39,918 nt of DNA from Basidiobolus ranarum. Its lineage: Eukaryota. The notes under the pieces were generated by a model, which saw only the letters and a list, made by a program, of their open reading frames with translations, made no database searches and was not told the origin of the DNA. The DNA is taken from the NCBI GenBank assembly GCA_040143965.1, contig JASJQH010006916.1, positions 1 through 39,918 on the forward strand, written 5' to 3'. Made by a program: the position numbers and the translations under genes. Of the stretch, positions 1 to 11,232 are shown piece after piece. Numbering within the stretch: position 1 is the stretch's first letter; each line of letters starts with the position of its first letter.

Positions 1-1080
1 AGAATATAGGGGCTATAGATACATTGCTTTCTGTTTCTGATATATGTATCATAAATAAAGTTAACTAAGATGTTGAATAAAGATTAATTATCTAACAGTA
101 TTATGAGTGGTAACTGTTAAAGTATTTTGGGAGCCTGTTGGAAGTGGTCTGGAGAATTAGAGAAATTGGTGATTTTCACTTATTGATGTATTGAGTTGAA
201 AGTTGACATTTATAGTTTTGTAAAGATGTAAACAAACTAACATGTAGAATGTGTTGAGGAAAGTCACAGAAACATGTGTGCAATGTTTGGTGCTTCTTTG
301 AAAAATCTATATATCTTCAAACTTCTAAGTAAATTCCTCTTGAGAATAATGGGTAATATCATAGTTCAATATAAGATAACTAAATACTAAGCTATATATG
401 ACTATGTAGGTGTTTAGGCAATGCTAATTTTAACAGTAACACTGGTTAGATTATGCAAAAACTCTGAATTTGCCATATATCAAGTAGTAGAGAAGCCTGG
501 AATCTCTATATCTAGATGGGGTTTGTGACTGTCTTTTTAACCAGTGGAGTAAGCATTAGGATATTACGCTCTCCCTATTCCAACATTGATGCTCAAACTA
601 CCAACTACCTACAGCAGAATGAAAAGGGTTAGTGACACTTCAGTGAGACGATAGAGTACAAAGCGCGGGAGTTTATGGTCAAGTTTGAGGAAATAATTAT
701 TATGACTATATTAAGTAGTTACTCTGAAAGTAAAAATATTGGATAGCTAAACCCTAGTCTACCTAAACATGCTCTATAAAATTCTGTATAAGAAATATAT
801 TTTGAGGAAATGATTTTTCGTGTAAACAGCTAAAGCTACGATAGTGGCTAGACAGTTAGGTGTAGAGATCTTTGGTTGAGCATGGATTTACACAGAACAT
901 ACAAATGAACAGGTCTTGACAAGCATTTCAAATCTGACTCCATGAACGATTCCAACGTTTGTTTATTTCAAGATATTTTATTTTTTGTTAAAATAATATA
1001 AAGAAACCAATGGAGATAAGCGATATATCCATCTTTTATAAATTATAACGTGAAGAAAGCTGAATAAAGTGATATTCTAA

Positions 1081-1964
1081 TCATTTGTCTTTCTTGCTAG
1101 CGGCCTTAGCGGCTCTCTTCAAGTCTTTCTTGGTAATGGTCTTAGGTCCAGCATTACCACTAGATATTATATAAAGAGGAATTTAGTAAAGGATCTAACT
1201 CAAGCGAAAAATATTCGCTTATTTACCCAAATGGAGTACTGGTTTTCCAAGGACGCTTCAATTCACCTTCAGCTCTCTTATTGAAAAAGTAAATCTTGAA
1301 AACTTTGTTTTCAAAAAGACTCTTGAAGGGCATGAAAGTTTGAAGGAAAAGTGGTTGAACATAACCCCATTTGAGATGGACAAAGGTTAGAATAGCAAGT
1401 GAAATAAAAGTCTGTTTGACGATTTTCAAAAGTTCCTCATTATCATAATCACAGTAAGTAGTAGTAATAGGAACTGGCTCTCTATAATGAAAAGATCTAA
1501 CATTAATCTCGACCCAAAGAAAAGTGGAGTTACTAGAACGTAAAACTTACTCTCCAGTCCAAGTGTTGGGTTCAATGTACATGAGTTCAGTGGTATCTTT
1601 GTTATATCTATTAGAACATATACCAATATAATAAAATTTCAAATAAATCGAAATATACCATTTCTAGCCTTGATAAGAGTTCTAACGTAATAGCAGAATC
1701 CGAGGATTATGACGACTGAGGTGAGATGAAGACAACGCATCCAAAATAATTTATTTGGATCTTCGAGGTTTAACATACGGGCCTGGTAGGTTTTCAGAAA
1801 GTAATAAAACACTTCATCAGAATAAATGGTCAATATGATATCATAATAAGCAACTTTACCACTTGGATCAAGCCAAGGACCATCACGAGGTTTTGTAACT
1901 AAAACAACTGAATTAGATAAAGAGGTTTCAACGGATTACTAGCATGCCCTACCTGAGGATTCAT
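1081..1964 (-). CDS. PHO88: Pho88/Snd3 ER-targeting membrane protein (multi-exon)
   Basis: Spliced reading: MNPQ (ATG 1964) | LQNLVMVLGLIQV | ARMLNLEDPNKLFWMR... | DTTELMYIEP... | ...TTTYCDYDNEELLKIVKQ...FVHLKWGYVQPLFLQ...KRAEGELKRPWKTSTPFG | GNAGPKTITKKDLKRAAKAASKKDK* (TGA 1083-1081). Colinear with yeast Pho88 (MNPQ...RRIDMEDP...HLYLKYTNPLFMQ...GDLKRPFK). Introns are GT-AG. Confidence 0.9.
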
Positions 1965-3035
1965 TTTGTAAATCTACGAGACGTCAGAGCGTTAAACTCA
2001 AGATGATACTCAAATATAGTATCTACAGTCGCCCATGTCGTTGACCCAAAAAAAAATCACTCACTTTTGACTCTGCTTAATTGGACCTCAGCCAATTGCA
2101 GATTCTTCGATGGAAATGTATAGATTAACTGCTGTCTAAACAACATTTATGTACAATTTATTTAGTTGAGATATATATTAACATAAAAAATTAGGCGCCA
2201 TAATAATAGAGGCAAGATCACGGCCAGAGCCGGAGTCGTAGAACAGAGTCTGTTCAAGTAACAACATTTTAGAAGGTTATATCTGGATTCCAACTCCAGC
2301 TTCGTGGTGCTAGCTGCTGACTCTCCTCAGCATCGTCAAGGGATATTGGTGCAGCGTGGGTTATCGCAATTAGGCCAAGAGCGTTTATCAGTAGTAGAAG
2401 TACAACTTTAGGAAGCATGTTGATCGGTGTACAGTTGATCGGGGGCGTGTTAGACGAAATAAATAATAATTCAGAATGAGGTCGCGCGATGGATGTTTAT
2501 ATTGAATATCTCTTCTTGGCCCAGGCTCATAACGGGTTGAGATTAAACGTTTAATCGAGGCGAGACATTATAATTTTGTTTGACATTTGACGCCATTGGA
2601 GATCAGGTGACTAGACCAAGGCCATAACTGAAAAGCACATGTGTTATCTACGGTCAAATGCAGGTCTCTAAATGGTTTAAAGATTGTCTATCCCAATCCT
2701 AGCTCTTCACCCAACCAACCTACATCAGTCTCTAAGGCGAGAAAGTCCAACCAAGGTCGTCTCCGTACGTCACTTTTGATGTATGCCAGATTCTGGTCAA
2801 GTCTAATTATGCTGGTCTCGCTCAAATTCGAGCTGTAAGGAATCTAGAGATAAGTAACGAATATCCAGACTTAAGCCTACAGAACCAGATTAGCCGGCAG
2901 TCCTTATCTGGCTCTAGTATTCTGATTCAGTGAGCAAATATAGACTAACTTATTTTTGGATTACCACAGATTTAGGTTCACTGTGGTCATACGGGATAAA
3001 GAACAATCTAACTACTAACCATATTCATAATCATA

Positions 3036-3111
3036 ATTAACTAAGTATAATCACAAAGATAACCATATTAACTAAGTATAATCACAAAGATAACCATATT
3101 AACTAAGTATA
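3036..3111. repeat. 31-bp tandem repeat (2 full copies + partial)
   Basis: ATTAACTAAGTATAATCACAAAGATAACCAT at 3036-3066 and 3067-3097, with a partial copy at 3098-3111. Confidence 0.9.
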
Positions 3112-3283
3112 TCATATTGCGGTTAGTACAAATTGGAAGGTTTTTTTTTTGAGGATGAAATTTCACCTGGCAAATTTCTATTCTATGAATTTCGGCTTAA
3201 TCAATTTGGAATTTTTAGGTTAGTAGTTGCTACCTGTTTACCTACCACTTCACCCAGTCGAGAACGTCAAAGATAGAAGCACT

Positions 3284-4882
3284 ATGTTTGGCCTATGTCG
3301 ACTTACTAAACAGCTCAACCTCGGTAAAAGCCTATTATGCTACGAACATAATGCTACTATTATAGGAAAAAGGGGAGTACCCAAGGCTTTCTTTTCAAAC
3401 ACCAGTTTATTGGAAGCACGTAATGCTAGTATGAAGAAACCAAACGTTAGTACCTTGACAAAACATATGAAGCCGGACGGTATGACCGGTTACCAACGTA
3501 GAGCAAAGTTGTTACGTGAACAGAGTAAGAAAAAAAGTCCGGTGTCCAAAAAGACCAGAGGCTTCGTGCCAGTTAGATTCAAGCTTTTGTCGGTCGATTC
3601 GGACGTGAAAAGCCCTTCCACCAAAATTAAGAAAAATAAACCTGGTGAAGAGACAGTCAAAGACTTTGTAAAGAGGGCCAACTCTAGTCAGTTCGAGGAT
3701 TTCAAACTTAGAGAGGAAGTTTATGCTGCCTTGAAGAAAGGACCTTTGTCTCACGTTGGTGAGCATGTACGTCCTACTGAAATCCAAACTCTTGCTATAC
3801 CAGAGATTTTAAAGGGACGGAGCCAAGTCCTCTGTGCTGCCGAGACAGGATCTGGTAAAACTTTGGCTTATCTGTTACCACTTATTAATAAGTTGAAGGA
3901 GCAGGAGGCTGCCCATGAGAAACAAGTAAGTACTACAGCTGTGCGAAAGCTCAACAAACCGCGTGTAGTTATCTTAGTTCCTAGCAGAGAGCTTGTCAAC
4001 CAAGTTATAAACGTTGGTAAAAGCATGTGTCATCATGCCAAATTCCGTATTGCTGCCATGACCAATGCTATGACTAAGAAAAATGTACTCCGCGCTTTTG
4101 AGAGTCCCGTTGATGTTTTAGTTGCTACCCCGGCTAGTTTATTGCATTATTTCAATGATAAGGACATTTCATTTGCTGATACCTTTTCAGTGGTGATTGA
4201 CGAAGCTGACAGTATGTTCGATGGCGGATTCGGCGATGAAATCAAAGATATATTCAAGTATATCAAAAGATCGCGAGAGACCCAGAATTTAGATTGCCAA
4301 TTTATTGTGGTTTCGGCTACTCTTCCAAAGAAGGTGAATGAATCTCTGGATAAAATGTTCCCACAGCTCTTCAAGATCACTACACCATCCCTTCACAAAG
4401 CTCTTCCTAGACTCCGTCAAAACTTCGTGGATTTAGCTAGATTCCAAGGAAACAAGCAAATGGCAATATTGGATGTTTTGCGTGGAAATTCGCAAGATCG
4501 TACAATGATATTCACCAACACAAAACATGGCGCCAAGTTGCTTCACAACTTCTTGGACGAAAAGAACATCAAGACTTACTTGTTATCTGGTGACACCTCT
4601 GATGATGCTAGAGACGAGATGGTGAATTCTTTCAAAGACGGTACTCAAGAGTCCAGAATTATGGTATGCACTGACATAGCATCCCGTGGTCTGGACGTTA
4701 GCAATGTTCATCATGTCATTCTTTATGACTTCCCCAGTTCTGTTGTGGACTATTTGCATAGAGTTGGCAGAACTGCGCGTGCCGGTAGTAAGGGTAAAGC
4801 CACAAGCTTGGTTGCCCGCAAAAATCGGAATCTCGCTGATCGTATCCAACGGTCAATCCGAGATGGCACCGTTTTAAGTTAA
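3284..4882 (+). CDS. MRH4: Mitochondrial DEAD-box RNA helicase, Mrh4/DDX28-like (intronless)
   Basis: Q-motif (PTEIQ), AAETGSGKT, PSREL, DEAD, SAT, TDIASRGLD and HRVGRTARAG motifs. First ATG is 3284 (MFGLCRLTK...), a basic, acid-poor presequence-like N-terminus. AAETGSGKTLAY is typical of Mrh4/DDX28. Confidence 0.85.
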   Translation: MFGLCRLTKQLNLGKSLLCYEHNATIIGKRGVPKAFFSNTSLLEARNASMKKPNVSTLTKHMKPDGMTGYQRRAKLLREQSKKKSPVSKKTRGFVPVRFKLLSVDSDVKSPSTKIKKNKPGEETVKDFVKRANSSQFEDFKLREEVYAALKKGPLSHVGEHVRPTEIQTLAIPEILKGRSQVLCAAETGSGKTLAYLLPLINKLKEQEAAHEKQVSTTAVRKLNKPRVVILVPSRELVNQVINVGKSMCHHAKFRIAAMTNAMTKKNVLRAFESPVDVLVATPASLLHYFNDKDISFADTFSVVIDEADSMFDGGFGDEIKDIFKYIKRSRETQNLDCQFIVVSATLPKKVNESLDKMFPQLFKITTPSLHKALPRLRQNFVDLARFQGNKQMAILDVLRGNSQDRTMIFTNTKHGAKLLHNFLDEKNIKTYLLSGDTSDDARDEMVNSFKDGTQESRIMVCTDIASRGLDVSNVHHVILYDFPSSVVDYLHRVGRTARAGSKGKATSLVARKNRNLADRIQRSIRDGTVLS

Positions 4883-5151
4883 TTTATTGATCTCTATTTC
4901 ATACATAGAATTACACTATTTTATCATTTCTCCATTTTCATGTTATCCACCTTTGTACTAGAAATCAGTCTATCCTGTTACACCTTTATACCTTCAAAGC
5001 ATCCATCATTGTGTTATTTTCCACTACCTTTGCCGTTATTTTCCTCATTTGTTCGGATGCTCTTTTGTGGTTGTTAGTTTAGCTTTAGCATGTTGTTGAA
5101 TAATCATTAAATCGAAAGCCTTTCTAAGGGTCTTTATTACGAATACTTGTA

Positions 5152-6712
5152 TCAGTTCTCTGCATTATTAGGCCAGAATACATTGCAGGTATTTTGGTAT
5201 ACTATCTCGGCAACATCTTGAGCGTCCCGGGCATGTAGGCCAGCAATGACTTCCAAAACTTGTCTACTCATTAGAGATTAGTAAAAGCTAATGTTCATGG
5301 ACTAAAGAGTTTGAAAAGAGCTACCTTAAAGTACAAGGTTCATTTCGACTTTTGACCATCAATCCCAATTCAAATCGCTCCTTCTTTTTACTTTCGAATA
5401 ACAGCTCTGGTTTGTCTTTGAGATATTTGTAACTGGCATGAGTTGGACGAATATCACACCAAGGTGCATCTACGAGTTTGAGGTATTGGATTAGTTATCT
5501 CGGTGTTGGTATGGTCTTTGAATAAGAAAAATGGCTATTTTACCAGTCTCAATCATCATCCGCTCGATAGGAATTGACGCTACAGTGTCAAGGTTCTCTT
5601 GAGTCTTTAGAGAACATCCATTGATTCCAATATAAAGATCCAAATCCAATATTTCCTTGGCTTCCTCGGGGGTTCCGGTGAAAGAGTGAACTACCCCTTG
5701 AGTGAATCGGTGGCGATTTTTTCTTATCATCTGTATGATTAGGTGAAGGATAGAAAACAGTATGTAGTGCTAATGGTATCAATATCATTCCATGTAAAAA
5801 AGGATATCGACAAAGTCACCATCCGTATTTCGATTGTGAAGGAACATCGGAAGTTTGGTAGTTTCCGCTAGTTGGAATTGCTTCTCAAAATATCTGTTAC
5901 AGTAAGCATTATTTATCACCGGAAGAATACTAAGCATTTACGTCAACATACTTGATTTGTGTCTCTTTGTCGCAAAAATGAAGTCTATCATAGTCTACAT
6001 GCATTCATACACGAACCATCAATAGAATGCATCATATATACGTTAGGTATTGTTTTCTTACCTAAACCACATTCACCGATGGCCACTACTTTGGTATGTT
6101 CGCTACGAGCAATTTCCAATAATTCCTCATAATAAGCTTCAGGTGAAGCTTTAATTGAGGTATCTTCAAACTCAGAACAACGGGTAGGATGACAGCCAAC
6201 AGTGGAAAATAAATAATCTACATAGAGAAGAAAGATGAATTTCGATAAGATTGCTTCCTGTTTTTAAATTATGGGCTGTTTGAAATAACCTTTGCTTCTG
6301 GCTAATTCGAGAGCTTCTTTACTTTCGGATAGAGAACCACCAGTAATCATCATACGTTCTACACCTACATCAAGTGCTCTTTTCAAGACATATTCCAAAT
6401 CGTCTATTTGTAATATCCAGGTGAGTATTAGTATTTTCTTTTTTTTGGGTGGGGGTTAACCCAAACCTATAGGTAAGATCACCTTCGTGGGCTATTTTGC
6501 CTCGATAGTCCCCTCGAAACATAGGGTCAGTCAAGTTAAGTCCAATATCTTGGTTTGAAAAGTAGTGCAAGCATGTTAATCCAATATTCACTAATAGGCC
6601 ATAAAAGTACAAAATGTTTTGACTACTTCTTACCAATGAGTTTCATACTGCTGGTAACGGAAGCGAGTGATAAGCACCTTCGATTAATGGTGTTTACCAG
6701 TGTACTTAACAT
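5152..6712 (-). CDS. TATDN1: TatD-family DNase (TATDN1-like), 9 exons
   Basis: Spliced motifs [84 protein letters not shown] and VKSRNEPC; stop TGA at 5154-5152. Start is either ATG 6646 or the upstream in-frame ATG 6712. Confidence 0.93.
5733..5807 (-). other. U12-type (minor spliceosome) AT-AC intron in TatD
   Basis: 5' end ATATCCTTTTTT, branch-like TCCTTCAC (5750-5743) about 11 nt from the terminal AC. Removal restores the frame (DFV-E-MIRKNR); retention gives an in-frame TGA. Confidence 0.85.
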
Positions 6713-7312
6713 GAAAAGTGTATTATCATTGCTAATAACTATTTCCACTTTTATTGTAACACCCATGCTAAATCTACCGACAAAATTTACTTCTGAAATA
6801 GGATAATTTAATTCATATAGTTTGAGCCATTATATACTCTGTATATTTCCTGGCGTTAACGACCAAACTATTTAATAATTGTGTGACAAAAGCCGAGTTT
6901 TATTGACGAAAAGAATTCAATCCAGTCATTATGTTGATGCAGAATTCCCAAAACCATTGATATCAGTTTAAGTACTGTATCTTGGTAGGGCTATGGCAAC
7001 TATCTTCAAATGCGATAGGTTCTTCACAGCCTAAATGCGAAGATGTTCCTCAAAATACTAGCCAATTCAGCACTACTCAATGATCAATTTATTGTTATAG
7101 TTCGCTCACATTAAGTTAATGTAGATCCCTTCGGAGTATGAAATCTCTTTAATGAGATGCACAGGCTAGCATAAAACCAGTAGGGTATCACCAATATTGC
7201 TTGAACGGGTTAATTTGATCAAGTTTCGAATATTTCCCATGAGGCACATGCACCATTTGCTTGAGCATTAGCATAAAATGAGATCGTGTCAGCGTTTAAT
7301 CGGCAATAGTCA

Positions 7313-9919
7313 ATGATGGTACATGAAGTATTGAAGGCTATTTCCGTGAATTCATTCCTCGAAACGATCCAATCTGCTCTTACTGATGCACTCTACTTCC
7401 TAACGAGAAACATAACCGCTGTTGGATTTATTCTTATATGTGCGCATATCTTACACTGGACACTCGCTCCCAAAATCCACTATTTCGGCGGAATTCATGG
7501 GCGACGGTTCATTTACGGTGTCTTTGTAGGGATATGGTTTTCGAGAACAGTAATGGACTACGGTCCAATCTATGATTTAGGTATTGATCTGTTGCTGCTG
7601 AACTTGTACTTCTGTTGGGTGCAATTTGCACCTATACTAGAAACTAGGTTTCCAAGATATTCAAACTTGATCTTGCATTCGTCCTCAAAGCAGGCCTTTC
7701 TTGGCTTTAGTTTGCCAGTCATTTTCGCATTTATCAGCATATGGTCGTTGATACTGGCACTACCAGTCAATATTGCGTGTACCTACGCGGTGCTTTTGTA
7801 TAGACTTGAGAGAACCAACAAATCACCCAAACGGAGGCAAGAAACATCACAACTGTTCCAATCTGTCCCAGAGATAGAAGTACCTTTCCTAGCAATGACA
7901 CTTTATATTCCCGTTGACTTTGTCAGTTCGTGGCTTGGAATTGTTACTGCAACGATGATATGGGCAACCCTATTGGTCAAGTGTAATATAATTCAATTTA
8001 CTGCCAATTTTCGACTGACATTCGCACCAGACATTTTAATCTCGATTAGAAATTTTCACGATAGAGATTCAGTATTCTCTCCCCTTGTAAACTTGGCACT
8101 TGCGGCTATAGTGAGATTCGTGTTACTACCACTTATTTCCTACAGCACGTCTTCGAACCTAGTGGGTATCACTGTATCTGTTGGCCTCTACATATATAAT
8201 TTTGGGAGCTTTCGGGAAAACCGTGGGGAATATTATTCTTACTTGAATAAGTTCGAACAGGTTTTCGAGTGGTCATCAGACTGGATTCAGTATGTGGAAC
8301 AGGTGGAGAGTTTACTCATAACGGCACAACATTTGCGGTGGTCCCATACAATTGGGGTGTCGATGGCGGTGTCATTTTTTCTATCGGTCATTATCAATAG
8401 GAATCCACTCGGGGGATTACTGACAGTTACTGCTATTGGGGCTATTCCATTGGTAAAGTACCTATTGGATACCATAACAGCCGGTGAAGAAGAGAGAAAT
8501 GAATACCGATTTTCCATGACACAACTGATTTCCTTTCTATACCAAACTGTCAGTGAAATACTCGATCGACAAAGCTCCATAAGAGACCAGCTGGCTCCAG
8601 TGATGTTTGGCATATTCGTCACAGGAATTCTGGAGATAGTGGTTGTTGGAACATGGTTCTCTATTCCGTGTAATATTGGAAAGATTCTGGGACTGATGCT
8701 AACTCTCCCAAAATTAATACTTGTACTATCTAACGTTCTTGTACTGGTAGTGGCACTTAAGAGTCTATATTTTCAGCCACTGGAGACCAGACTTAGGATG
8801 GTTATGGAACTGATAGAGCGACCTGATCGTGATGCAGAAAATACCTTGTACTGCCAGTGTACTAGGCATTCTGATCTATTCTTTATTCAAAGTATGCAGT
8901 GTCTAAGCGATGTCCTCACAATGGATAAGTGCTCGTATATATCAGTAGATTTTGATGGAGAGGATGGTGTTGACGTAGGCGGACTCAGACGTGAATGGAT
9001 GACAATGATTTCCAAAGAGCTGGTGCAACGAGGGCTTCTGAAACGCGAAGGCACATCATCACTTCGATTTTCATTAGATCACAAAGCGGATGGCTACTTT
9101 TGTATTGGAGTGTTATGTGGATTTTCTCTTATATATAGAGATACACCACTTGGACTCGATATTGCTGAACCCATACTCCGCTCGCTATGGGAGACACGTC
9201 ATGAAAAATACCTTGTATCCTTTTCGGACCTCAAGAAAGTAGAGCCAGAGGTGCAACGTAATGCCTTATCACTTTTGAATTATACCCGCGAGGAACTAGC
9301 TGCACTCTATCTCCACTTTGAGATTCATAGCGACGATGGTCATACCTTCAAAGAATGTGATCCGAATAACCCCGATGAATCTAAACAGATCACCAAGGAG
9401 AACCTTCCAGATTACTTCCGATTCCTTGCGCGAACATATCTCCGTGACAAAATTAGCTTACACATTGAACAATTTAAACTGGGATTTTCTCTTATCGTAC
9501 CATATGATATATATAAGCACATTTCATCTCACGACCTGTTCTGTATTCTTCGCGGGTCGGTAAAAATCGACACTGAAAGCTGGAAGAAACACACGAAATA
9601 CTCTTTTGAAAGTGACTTACAGCATGAACTGACGCAAAAGATGACAATCTGGCTATGGGAAATCATTAACGAGTATCCACAACAAGATAAAATTCGATTT
9701 CTTCGTTCAGTGACATCGTTAGAGACCCTACCGGCCAATGGGTTCAAATTACTTCAACCACCATTTAACATCTTGTTTACCTCTCAGCCCGCTCACTATA
9801 TTCCCAAAACTCACACTTGCTTTAATAGACTGGATCTTCCTCTATACAGATCTAAAGAGCAAATGAAAGAAAAATTGCAGATGCTATTGGATCATTCCGA
9901 TTCATTTTCTATTGCGTGA
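7313..9919 (+). CDS. HECT-domain E3 ubiquitin ligase with a multi-pass transmembrane N-terminal region (intronless, 868 aa)
   Basis: The C-terminal ~350 aa carry HECT hallmarks: FDGEDGVDVGGLRREW, FKLGF, LRSVTSL, catalytic PKTHTCFNRLDLPLY and terminal DSFSIA (-4 Phe). The N-terminal ~490 aa contain about 12-13 long hydrophobic segments. Confidence 0.85.
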   Translation: MMVHEVLKAISVNSFLETIQSALTDALYFLTRNITAVGFILICAHILHWTLAPKIHYFGGIHGRRFIYGVFVGIWFSRTVMDYGPIYDLGIDLLLLNLYFCWVQFAPILETRFPRYSNLILHSSSKQAFLGFSLPVIFAFISIWSLILALPVNIACTYAVLLYRLERTNKSPKRRQETSQLFQSVPEIEVPFLAMTLYIPVDFVSSWLGIVTATMIWATLLVKCNIIQFTANFRLTFAPDILISIRNFHDRDSVFSPLVNLALAAIVRFVLLPLISYSTSSNLVGITVSVGLYIYNFGSFRENRGEYYSYLNKFEQVFEWSSDWIQYVEQVESLLITAQHLRWSHTIGVSMAVSFFLSVIINRNPLGGLLTVTAIGAIPLVKYLLDTITAGEEERNEYRFSMTQLISFLYQTVSEILDRQSSIRDQLAPVMFGIFVTGILEIVVVGTWFSIPCNIGKILGLMLTLPKLILVLSNVLVLVVALKSLYFQPLETRLRMVMELIERPDRDAENTLYCQCTRHSDLFFIQSMQCLSDVLTMDKCSYISVDFDGEDGVDVGGLRREWMTMISKELVQRGLLKREGTSSLRFSLDHKADGYFCIGVLCGFSLIYRDTPLGLDIAEPILRSLWETRHEKYLVSFSDLKKVEPEVQRNALSLLNYTREELAALYLHFEIHSDDGHTFKECDPNNPDESKQITKENLPDYFRFLARTYLRDKISLHIEQFKLGFSLIVPYDIYKHISSHDLFCILRGSVKIDTESWKKHTKYSFESDLQHELTQKMTIWLWEIINEYPQQDKIRFLRSVTSLETLPANGFKLLQPPFNILFTSQPAHYIPKTHTCFNRLDLPLYRSKEQMKEKLQMLLDHSDSFSIA

Positions 9920-11027
9920 AGTAAATAATGTATTCATTAATTAATAAATCAGTATTGCATGCAACCAACATGTCATTTCTAATATTAAGGTATATACATA
10001 TATGTGATAACCAGGCTGTTTTGTAGAATAAGATAGATTACCTAATAAACCATGTAGCTTCATGTATCTGTCTACTACTAACCGGCCCATCTGGACCGTA
10101 AGATATTACATGTAGACAAATTTAGCAATAGTAAGTTGAAACCTTTTGTGGTTTCATTGCTTCAATAGAGTGGATGAGAATACTTAATCTAGATTCAATA
10201 TTCAAATAAGCGAGGAATGATCACCATAATGATATTTGAAGTTCTACAAGTTTTTAGGGCTGGATTTCGAGCCTTATAATTCAGTTTACATGCACAGTGC
10301 AAAAACTGTCAGATAAACCTCCAGTTTGTAAAACCATTATATCATCATGAGAATTTTGCTGTTTGAAGTATGTGTAGTACAAGCAGTAGTTATAACCTAT
10401 TAATATTTATTATTTCTATGTTACAATCTTTACGATATCAAGCAAATTAGGAACTATGGTGTACTCAAGAAGCCCACTATACATTTATGTAATCAATAGA
10501 ATATATATACTGAATACTACTATAGTGATAGAAAAAACTACCAGCACTGTAGCAGAATTGACAGTATTTGGAATCACTAGAAAAGGTTGATTTTTCTTTA
10601 TGTAAAATGAAGTGAAGAATTTGTGTCTATATTGAATATGGGCACTGATATATTAATCGCCCAGATCATTAGGGAGACGATAAAGAAACAAGCAATTCAT
10701 TTTACACATTTCCAAGAAATGTGCAGAATTACTGTGAAGTAAAAATCGTTAAAAGTTAATGTATATAATGGAATTCTTACATAGGTCATTTCGCTCTTGA
10801 TTGCTCTTTCGAATCTTGACCTGACACAGGCTTTGGATATTTCATAATTATTATTTGGCTATCATCACCATGACAACAAAATCATATCACTTCGACGCCT
10901 CGATCAATCAGTCGGTCAGTTTCAATGCTTAATTGAGATCAATGATCAATCGTTTAAACTGTTTCAACGATCATCAACTTCGGAATAGCGGTAATCAAGC
11001 ACACAGATTGCACTGATATCTTACACC

Positions 11028-11034
11028 TATATAA
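11028..11034 (+). promoter_or_regulatory. TATA box upstream of small secreted ORF
   Basis: TATATAA about 35-40 nt before ATG 11068, which has a CAACATG context. Confidence 0.5.
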
Positions 11035-11067
11035 GACGTATTGCATACTCCTTACAAACCCATCAAC

Positions 11068-11232
11068 ATGTCCTTCAAATCCATCCTCACCATCTTCTTG
11101 ATAACTCTCATCAGCATGAGCCACGGGCAAACTGAGGAGCCTGAATTCGTCACTGAAGTATCCACTCAATATGTCACTCTAAGCCAATTACGCTCTGCTG
11201 CTCAACCAACCGCTGGCCTCCAAGCCATTTAA
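11068..11232 (+). CDS. Putative small secreted peptide (54 aa)
   Basis: MSFKSILTIFLITLISMSHG looks like a signal peptide (basic n-region, hydrophobic core, S-H-G|Q cleavage), followed by QTEEPEFVTEVSTQYVTLSQLRSAAQPTAGLQAI. TATA and good start context upstream; AATAAA downstream near 11296. Confidence 0.55.
   Translation: MSFKSILTIFLITLISMSHGQTEEPEFVTEVSTQYVTLSQLRSAAQPTAGLQAI

Noticed and set aside
780-870. TAKATIVARQLGV-like fragment reminiscent of a Tc1/mariner HTH in the AT-rich first kb
   Set aside because: Too short and interrupted by stops; no TIR or DDE region recognised.
2210-2930. GC-richer intergenic stretch with partial hairpins and a 65-aa ORF
   Set aside because: Pairings are short and inconsistent, the ORF starts at GTG with no recognisable motif, and I could not assign an element.
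9214-9224. GTATCCTTTT, a U12 donor consensus, inside the HECT gene
   Set aside because: It lies in an uninterrupted ORF encoding needed HECT sequence, and I saw no matching branch site or acceptor.
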